A DNA stretch of 62,709 nucleotides from a virus (Duplodnaviria; Caudoviricetes). A program made the translations under genes and the position numbers. The notes under the pieces were generated by a model. That model had not been told where the DNA came from. It saw nothing but the letters and a program-made list of their open reading frames with translations, and made no database searches. The stretch's first letter is position 1. Each line of letters begins with the position of its first letter. The stretch spans positions 1-62,709 of the IMG/VR virus record IMGVR_UViG_3300007539_000019, one strand, 5' to 3'. This document shows positions 55,864 to 62,709 of the stretch, piece after piece.

Positions 55864-57767
55864 TAATATTGTCTACCATTCCCATGTCCATGATCGTAAT
55901 AGGTTAATGGTTCGTTAACAAATGCACAATCCGTTACAGAAAGAACCCTTTTCCATAATTCATAGTCTTGACCTTTTTTATATCTCTTTGTTTCATTCAT
56001 CAACCCCACCTTGTCAAACAAAGATTTTTTTAAAACAACAGAAGATCCTATGCAAAAATTATGGATCGATAAAATTTCTTTTGTCCACAAGGACGGAACG
56101 TTATTATAAGAATAGCCTTTTGAGTTTAAAATCTTTTCTTTTACATTCCATTTATCAAATCTTTTTTGCATTCCCTTCATGTAAATGTTGTAATCTTTTT
56201 CGGGATCAAACAAACCTCTTCCCTGTACGGCTTCTGTGCAGCTCATTTCGCTTTTAGTTTTCTGCATTGCAATTATTTGCTTCTCTATCTTGGTTGGGTA
56301 CCATGCATCATCATCATCAAGAAAAGCTATATATTCTCCTCTAGCGATTTTAATTCCATAATTATATGTATAGGATCGACATCTAAATCCATGAATAATT
56401 TCAGAATTTTTTGGCAAATTTACCCACAAGACACCATCTGGAATATTGTTTGAATAATCTTCGTCTGTAGATCCATCATTAACAACAATAATTTCTAAAT
56501 TTTTATATGTTTGATTTTTTACACTTTCTATAGCTTTTGATAAGAATTCCCACCTGTTAAATGTGCCTATTACAGCTGTTACCAAAGGCATATCATCTAG
56601 ATAAGATTTTTTTGGAGTCTCGCTTTCAGAAGAAAGTTTTTTAGAAAGTTCTCTTGGGCTCTGAAATAGAGCTTTATTTTTAGTATTATCTTTTTCTTTA
56701 TTTGGCTCTAAAGATAATCCTGCTTGTAAACGACACTTTTCTGGGTTAAATCCCTTCTTTCCGTTTATTTTTTCTCCATGATTTCCAAAACCAATAAATC
56801 TATGAGTTTTATGGAATTTATCTTTATAAACTAAACTACCTCCTATGTCCGAATCTATTTCTTCATATTTAATGTTCGAACATTTTGAGAAAATCTTTTT
56901 TAAGTGACTAAACACACCCTTTTTACAAGGTAATACTACTTCTTCATTTTTATCTGCGAGTTCAATGATAATATCTTTGACCTTGTTGAAGTCAGCTTTT
57001 CCTTGATGATTCATCACAAACAACTTTTTAGAATCAGGATTCTTATTTTTAAGATCTTTTATCTCTAAGGCGGAAAAGGATATCCTTTCACCAACAAAAC
57101 TACCAATTTCCATTTCTTCATGTTTAGGCCAAGGAACCGCATGAGAAGAGTGGCTTTTTTCTGGTTTAAAATGATGGTCTATGCTATCGTTTTTAAAGAT
57201 AGGAAGTATTTGTTCTGTTAGAAAAGTTTGATCTTGAGAATATCTAAATCTAAAATTCTTCCTTTCGCAAAAGGAAAAAATCTTTTCGGTCATAGAAAAA
57301 TGCAATGGAGATTTTATTCCCCACATACCCCCCATTACTGGAGAGTAATGCCCAGAGGGGCAATCATGCATTAAATGCATAGTTTTTCCGCTATCAAGCC
57401 ATTCTTTAACGGCGGCATAATCTCTAGGATTCATTAAAGAATCTGTATCTCTAGAAATCATACAAGAAACATCTGGATCATCTATAGAGAAAAATCTCCA
57501 GTACATAGGAGGAATATCAGATTCTACAATTAAAACCTCACTATCCGTTTCGGCTAGTTCTTCTAGATCATTAGCTTTTTCTGAACAGTAAAATCTACAG
57601 ATCCAATCTGGAAAATATTTTTTTGCCCATTCTACGTTTTTTATGGCACCTATAGAATATTTCCTGTCTTCTCCGTAAACACTAAAACTAATAATTTTTT
57701 TTTCAGATTCTTTTTTAACAGAACCTAGATTTATTGAAAAATAATTATTATCAAAAAAATTTTTCAC
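55863..57767 (-). CDS. multidomain glycosyltransferase (N-terminal GT-A-like domain + C-terminal GT2)
   Basis: N: ISFS.YG...Y..GA, MYWRF, RD.DS, H.MHD...H...MGGMWG; C: V...I.TFNR...L..AI.SV..QTY...EIIVVNDGSTD, FLDDDD, QDY. Confidence 0.85.
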   Translation of the reverse strand: MKNFFDNNYFSINLGSVKKESEKKIISFSVYGEDRKYSIGAIKNVEWAKKYFPDWICRFYCSEKANDLEELAETDSEVLIVESDIPPMYWRFFSIDDPDVSCMISRDTDSLMNPRDYAAVKEWLDSGKTMHLMHDCPSGHYSPVMGGMWGIKSPLHFSMTEKIFSFCERKNFRFRYSQDQTFLTEQILPIFKNDSIDHHFKPEKSHSSHAVPWPKHEEMEIGSFVGERISFSALEIKDLKNKNPDSKKLFVMNHQGKADFNKVKDIIIELADKNEEVVLPCKKGVFSHLKKIFSKCSNIKYEEIDSDIGGSLVYKDKFHKTHRFIGFGNHGEKINGKKGFNPEKCRLQAGLSLEPNKEKDNTKNKALFQSPRELSKKLSSESETPKKSYLDDMPLVTAVIGTFNRWEFLSKAIESVKNQTYKNLEIIVVNDGSTDEDYSNNIPDGVLWVNLPKNSEIIHGFRCRSYTYNYGIKIARGEYIAFLDDDDAWYPTKIEKQIIAMQKTKSEMSCTEAVQGRGLFDPEKDYNIYMKGMQKRFDKWNVKEKILNSKGYSYNNVPSLWTKEILSIHNFCIGSSVVLKKSLFDKVGLMNETKRYKKGQDYELWKRVLSVTDCAFVNEPLTYYDHGHGNGRQY

Positions 57768-58801
57768 TTTGGTATAATAATTTTACTACATTCTTCTTCT
57801 GTTGTCATTAACCAATGAGGATTATTACTGTCTGTATATTCAAAATCAGTCTCTAATCCGCTGCCCTTTCTTCCAGAATAAACATTTCTTTTATGCAAAA
57901 CGGGAGCAAAAACTTTTTTTGCCTTACCAAGTTGACATGCCCAGAAGCTAAATGAGGAATTAGCCCGAAATACAGATCGAGCGAAATAAATTCTTAAAAA
58001 GTCTGGAAGCCAATCGAAACCAATGTCTTGCATATATTCGGATCCAACAGGGTATTGCCATCCGCCCCTTCTGGTAAACCAATCATTTTCTTCAGGAGAG
58101 CCAACTCCCCAATTTCCTGACCAATCATCTGTAGTCCATTCAATCTTATTAGGATCATAACCAAACTTTTTAAAAGCTTTTTCGTAAGAATTTTTTGAAA
58201 CAACAGAATAACCGAAATTAGTTTCATAAGTTGGGTTTGAAATATCATCCCTTCTTAAATGAGCAATATCATAAGTGCCTTGCCTGTCCTCTAATCTTTT
58301 ATATATGTCAAGATTTTTAATTTCATCTTTGAACTCAAATATCTTAGATAGAAACCTCATGCTCATGCCTTTAAAAATTTCTTCTTGATAGCAAGAAATA
58401 TCTGTAAACCATACATTTTTTTTGCCAAAATATGTTTCCTTTTTGTTGTAAGGATTGAAAAAAGTCATTTCTTTTTTTGTCTTTTTTGAATATTCTTCGA
58501 CGGCGGTTTTTCTAAAGTCGTCATTATCGAATTCTGGAAGAGTTTGATTAACTTTTAATCTAAGATCATCGTCGGCTATTTGTTTATGACCACAACCTTT
58601 AAATAATTTATCACCTTCCCACTCTGAGGGAAGAAATAAATTTAAATTAAATTTATTTGCATAAGTTGATGCATATGCATATTGATGCATTCTGTTACCA
58701 AATCTGCCCTGCCACTTACAAAGCATTATATCTCCAGCCTTTTTAGTTGGAGCTTTTTTGGTTGGTTGTTTTTTTCTCGAAGGTTTGTTTTTTGTAGCCA
58801 T
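57764..58801 (-). CDS. GT11-like (alpha-1,2-fucosyltransferase-like) glycosyltransferase
   Basis: GRFGN.M.QYA, H.RR.D, DF, ANSSFS.WA. Confidence 0.75.
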   Translation of the reverse strand: MATKNKPSRKKQPTKKAPTKKAGDIMLCKWQGRFGNRMHQYAYASTYANKFNLNLFLPSEWEGDKLFKGCGHKQIADDDLRLKVNQTLPEFDNDDFRKTAVEEYSKKTKKEMTFFNPYNKKETYFGKKNVWFTDISCYQEEIFKGMSMRFLSKIFEFKDEIKNLDIYKRLEDRQGTYDIAHLRRDDISNPTYETNFGYSVVSKNSYEKAFKKFGYDPNKIEWTTDDWSGNWGVGSPEENDWFTRRGGWQYPVGSEYMQDIGFDWLPDFLRIYFARSVFRANSSFSFWACQLGKAKKVFAPVLHKRNVYSGRKGSGLETDFEYTDSNNPHWLMTTEEECSKIIIPK

Positions 58802-58802
58802 A

Positions 58803-59885
58803 TTAGAAATTTGAATTTATATATTGTAAAATGAAATTAACAAAATTCTCATTTTCTTCTAAAAATTCTACTAATTTTGCTTCTCCCTGTATTTTTTCAG
58901 GACATTCTATTGATTTTTCCTTGCATTCATTAAGTATTTCTTGATCAAAAGATATCCATGCCCCTTTTTGTTCTATATAGCCCCATAGCTTCATCATGTC
59001 TATAACTTCTCTCTCTACCCATATACTTTTACCATCAGATTGACCATATCTAATTGGATACCTTACTACAGCACCAGTTTTTTCGTTAACACTTTTTCTG
59101 AAAATAATTTTGCAATAATGCCCAATAGGGCTACCTTTGTCTTCTAATTTAGATGCGCTTGGATTCGGGAAAATAATATCATTGGAATATCTTTCTTGAA
59201 ATTCTAAAATGAAATTAGAATAATGTTTTACAGCATTTCCCCCAGCTTGTTTAGCCTTTGGTCCGCCCCTAGCTGCATAAGGGTTTGAGGCAACCTCAAC
59301 TCTAACTTGAGAGGTCAAAATCATCATATGTCCCATCTTGGTTATAGGTAAAACCATTTTTTTTAAAAATACTGATGTGACTAGTGCTCCACCAGCGACT
59401 TGTTCACTCTCATCAAAAGGTTTATCAAAATCCCCTATTCTGCATAACGCATCAACACTATCAATTATAAATAAATACTTTTTATTTTCTTTGTTATCTT
59501 CCACTAAAGTTCTTATTAGTTGAAAAACTTTTTCGAAAATATTACAATCAAACCTGAAAAACTTTTCTTCATTAGTATCTATACCTGATCTTTTTAAGAT
59601 CTCTGGGGACAATCTACCTTCACTTCTTATATAAACAATCATACCCTCTTTATCGAAGTGTTTTTGGAAATTTTTTGCAACAGTTAATGCACAACTAGTT
59701 TTACCGCCCTCATTAATTCCTGTAAACCTGTGAGCTCCAGAGGGGAAGCCTCCGCCAAGAGCAAGGTCAAGATTTAAACTACCTGAAGAAATTTTATAAT
59801 CATCTTCTTTATAGCTATTGTAGTGATATTTTGCATTATCTTTATCTGTTAAGAATTTATTTATTTGATCTAATGTTTCACTCAT
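58803..59885 (-). CDS. recA: RecA/UvsX-like recombinase
   Basis: SSGS..LD.ALGGG.P.G, G....GKTS, IIDSV.AL, Q.R, GG.A..HYS, GAW. Confidence 0.9.
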   Translation of the reverse strand: MSETLDQINKFLTDKDNAKYHYNSYKEDDYKISSGSLNLDLALGGGFPSGAHRFTGINEGGKTSCALTVAKNFQKHFDKEGMIVYIRSEGRLSPEILKRSGIDTNEEKFFRFDCNIFEKVFQLIRTLVEDNKENKKYLFIIDSVDALCRIGDFDKPFDESEQVAGGALVTSVFLKKMVLPITKMGHMMILTSQVRVEVASNPYAARGGPKAKQAGGNAVKHYSNFILEFQERYSNDIIFPNPSASKLEDKGSPIGHYCKIIFRKSVNEKTGAVVRYPIRYGQSDGKSIWVEREVIDMMKLWGYIEQKGAWISFDQEILNECKEKSIECPEKIQGEAKLVEFLEENENFVNFILQYINSNF

Positions 59886-60222
59886 AATTTAAAAAATCTC
59901 TAATTGTTGATGGTTTTTTCTTTGATATGTAATCTTTGCCACACTTTTTGCCGATAATAATTTTATCTTTTTCTGGAATTATGTAAGAATATTCCATAAA
60001 CTTTTTATGAAGTATCTCTTTCCCGTGTTCACAAAAGAAATAATTCATACTTTCAAACTTTTTATTAAATCGCAATAATTTCCAAAAATAGAAATCTGGA
60101 TATATCTTATATAAATCATTTAAAAACTTGAATTGTATATTCCAGAATAGCCTCTTTTCGTATTTTGGCACATCTATTATTTTTGAAATGATTTGTTTTT
60201 TTTCTGTGGCTGAAGCTTTCAA
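59878..60222 (-). CDS. hypothetical protein
   Basis: ORF track; probable TTG start 60222, 7 nt after TATAAT. Confidence 0.6.
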   Translation of the reverse strand: MKASATEKKQIISKIIDVPKYEKRLFWNIQFKFLNDLYKIYPDFYFWKLLRFNKKFESMNYFFCEHGKEILHKKFMEYSYIIPEKDKIIIGKKCGKDYISKKKPSTIRDFLNYE

Positions 60223-60229
60223 GCATAAC

Positions 60230-60258
60230 ATTATAAGTTTGATAATAACTTAAGTCAA
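60230..60258 (-). promoter_or_regulatory. sigma70-type promoter, leaderless
   Basis: TTGACT-N17-TATAAT-N7-TTG(60222). Confidence 0.7.
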
Positions 60259-61679
60259 GCGCAAACAGGATGAAATTTGTCTTTAGAACAATCAAAATAC
60301 CTGACCTCAAATCTAATTCCATAAACTCCGTTGTTTGCAGTTAGTTTATTCGAATTAATATTCGCTATGGATAAAGATTCATTCTCACTATTGATCCGAA
60401 AAAATCCTTTATCTTTTTGTTTTTTATCAAGGTTAGCTATGGAAAGATCTTTATCGTTAAATAAGCAATTATTATAAGTCTGTTCACTTAAATTAATTAG
60501 TGAATCTGGATACATAATCTCTGCTCTTTTTAAAATATCTGTGTCCTGATAGCCCATTCCTGAAAATTTTTCATCATAACCACCCAGCGATTCAAAAACA
60601 TCCCTTCTGAATGATATTCTTCCATAATTTCCACTGAACCAATCTTTCCTGCACCATTGATGGCAAAAATTTATAGATTTATTTTGCTCATAAAGATCTA
60701 TCAAATACTTTCCACCGTTTTTCCCTGTAAAATTATCACAATCTAAATTGACTAAAATCTCTCCCTCTGATAAATAATGAGTTGTATTTTTAGCTACTGA
60801 TGCATGCCAATATCTGAAATCAAAAATTTTAAATAATTTTAAATAGCCTGTTTGGAGATGGTCTTTAAAATTATTAATAACCCACTCTGATACATTGTCG
60901 TTTGAATTGAAGTCGCAAATGGTGAATTCTATATCATCTGAATTTTCTATATTATCTGATATATTTTTTTGTAAAGTCTGTTCTATTTGAAATTTTCTAT
61001 TCTTAATAGATGTGCAAAAAGATAATTTTTTTCTAAAAGATGCATTCTCCTTATAAAAGAAAAAATTTTTTCTCTCCATTTGCTTATTTGATTTGGGGTG
61101 CCAAAGGTGATATCCATTTGATTTTATTACATAAGGTTCTCTATTTTTAAGTTTATTGTGAACAAAATCCAAATCTTCCCAGCCCCAACCCTTTATTCTT
61201 TCATCAAAACCTTCAGTTTTATTGAATAAATCTTTTTTAATTAAAATAGAATATTTCCCCCAATAGTCATCTTCAAAATAATCGGATTGCGGAAGTTCAG
61301 ATTTATTTATATAGTTATTGGATTGGTCTTCAGATAAATAAATAACTTTATCAAAAGGCCGAATTAAATCTTGATCGTTAAGATTTTCTAAAATAAAATT
61401 AAAATCAAGAATTACATCAGCATCAAGGAAGCAAATATATTTCGTTTTGACGGCTTTTGCAGATATATTATAAAGCTTCGACTTCTGAAAATCTTGATTT
61501 GAATATAAAACTAAACCATCCGAAGTTTGAATTATCTTTTCTTTTTTTGCATATCTTTGTTCTGCAATAAAATAATCCAGATTTAATTTTTTAATTTTTT
61601 TTTTAAAAAAAATAAATTTGATTCTCTTCTGTCTGAGTCTTTTTTGTATGCGATAATAAAAGTAATCACATATATACAA
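60255..61679 (-). CDS. tandem-domain GT2/GT7C-type glycosyltransferase
   Basis: domain 1 FLDAD..GFDER..GWG.ED.D..HLWH; domain 2 DFNS.D, NLDCD, GGYDE...G.GY.D.D. Confidence 0.82.
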   Translation of the reverse strand: MYICDYFYYRIQKRLRQKRIKFIFFKKKIKKLNLDYFIAEQRYAKKEKIIQTSDGLVLYSNQDFQKSKLYNISAKAVKTKYICFLDADVILDFNFILENLNDQDLIRPFDKVIYLSEDQSNNYINKSELPQSDYFEDDYWGKYSILIKKDLFNKTEGFDERIKGWGWEDLDFVHNKLKNREPYVIKSNGYHLWHPKSNKQMERKNFFFYKENASFRKKLSFCTSIKNRKFQIEQTLQKNISDNIENSDDIEFTICDFNSNDNVSEWVINNFKDHLQTGYLKLFKIFDFRYWHASVAKNTTHYLSEGEILVNLDCDNFTGKNGGKYLIDLYEQNKSINFCHQWCRKDWFSGNYGRISFRRDVFESLGGYDEKFSGMGYQDTDILKRAEIMYPDSLINLSEQTYNNCLFNDKDLSIANLDKKQKDKGFFRINSENESLSIANINSNKLTANNGVYGIRFEVRYFDCSKDKFHPVCA

Positions 61680-61691
61680 TAATCTTTTTAC

Positions 61692-62709
61692 TTATTCGTC
61701 GCAATCAAAAAGTGATGAATCTTCGCATCCACATTTAAGAGGATTGTACTGGTCGCCATCTGGGAAAAACGTATCTGATATATCAGCATAATCATCCATG
61801 CCGAGACCTGATGTTGAGCCGTCTTCTTTAAAGAAGCTCTGATTGTCGCAATCGTACTCAACAAAAGGATATTGATTTGGGTCGAAACTTTGACTATCAT
61901 GAAGTGAACCAAATGTTGTGCCATTAAGATCTTTAGTTATTTCATTTCCATCTTCATCAAAAAATATTTCTTGCCTTTCGGCATCCCTTGTCTGTATCTG
62001 TTTGTCATGTAAATGACAACCCATTATCCCTCCAACACTTTTAAACAATGGCTCTCCTTCAGGTACAGGGGTTTGACAATAATGGTCTGTATATCTATGC
62101 GAAAAACCTAAAGAATGAAACATTTCATGAACCATAACATCTATCAAAGAATGTTTGCCTTTATCTCCTCCCTGTAAGGGCATATTTAATAAGCCTCCAG
62201 CCTGATTTAGTTTACCATTCCTCCAATCGTTATTAGTATATCCTTGACCTGTCCAAATTCTTTTCCATTCATCTATTGAAAGTTTTACACATTTAGGAGT
62301 GCCATCTGGATTATTTAAAAATGTAGTTGTATAGTTTGAGCATGTAGGTCTCCAAGTCCTACAAAGGGGGTATCTTTCTCCAGTATCCCTTTGTAGTCCA
62401 GAGTCAAAGTCAAGCTCAAAACGCTTATAAGAAGGATTTTCAGAAAGCAAGTCAAAGAAATAATTGAATGCATTTTCTTGACTATATACAAAATCAGCCA
62501 TCTCGTCTGGATTTATGCTTATACGTGGACGAGTACCGTTGTCACTTTCCTTACCAAGTCGATATCTTTGAGTCGCCATTGTTCCAGGACGGTCTAGATC
62601 GAAATTAATACTCATATCTAAATCTTCATTGTAGCATCTTTGGGTTGCACAATCTACATATTCAAATTTCATACTTTCCAAGCAAGGCATATTATTTGTA
62701 ACCAAATTA
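61692..62709 (-). CDS. metzincin-motif zinc metalloprotease domain protein, 5'-truncated
   Basis: HEMFHSLGFSH (HExxHxxGxxH) plus downstream GIM Met-turn; frame runs to the window edge. Confidence 0.7.
   Translation of the reverse strand, partial: NLVTNNMPCLESMKFEYVDCATQRCYNEDLDMSINFDLDRPGTMATQRYRLGKESDNGTRPRISINPDEMADFVYSQENAFNYFFDLLSENPSYKRFELDFDSGLQRDTGERYPLCRTWRPTCSNYTTTFLNNPDGTPKCVKLSIDEWKRIWTGQGYTNNDWRNGKLNQAGGLLNMPLQGGDKGKHSLIDVMVHEMFHSLGFSHRYTDHYCQTPVPEGEPLFKSVGGIMGCHLHDKQIQTRDAERQEIFFDEDGNEITKDLNGTTFGSLHDSQSFDPNQYPFVEYDCDNQSFFKEDGSTSGLGMDDYADISDTFFPDGDQYNPLKCGCEDSSLFDCDE

Noticed and set aside
1-62709. Stop-codon reassignment as in some large phages
   Set aside because: Conserved genes (ClpC, DnaB, RecA, GuaC) are full length in code 11 and TAA, TAG and TGA all terminate genes

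Overview
AT-rich, gene-dense fragment of a large dsDNA bacteriophage genome, almost all on the minus strand, standard genetic code. About 1-10 kb holds small hypothetical ORFs. About 10-17 kb is an auxiliary/host-takeover cluster: UV-damage endonuclease, Cys-less QueF-like protein, cupins, Ate/Bpt-like aminoacyl-tRNA-protein transferase, SpeD-like decarboxylase, pyrophosphatase, and a complete 427-nt tmRNA with an unusually long (~40 aa) tag. About 17-25 kb carries a tandemly duplicated two-gene module (unrecognised 'YPN..LFK' domain protein + ECF-sigma-like protein), a C5 DNA methyltransferase and an HNH gene. About 25-36 kb encodes an outer-membrane beta-barrel, RuvB, a 1366-aa BspA-type LRR protein and an SHD1-LRR protein. 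About 36-62 kb is a replication/recombination block (SSAP-like, SSB, ClpC, split DnaE with DnaQ-like and GuaC genes between the halves, RecB/Cas4-like nuclease, primase, DnaB, RecA) interleaved with five glycosyltransferase genes. Two promoter classes recur immediately upstream of start codons: sigma70-type TTGACA-N17-TATAAT and a GTGTA-N9-11-start motif. Both imply largely leaderless mRNAs. SHD1 and the porin-like gene hint at a PVC (Verrucomicrobiota) host, which is inference. All calls come from motif recognition by eye; no searches were run.
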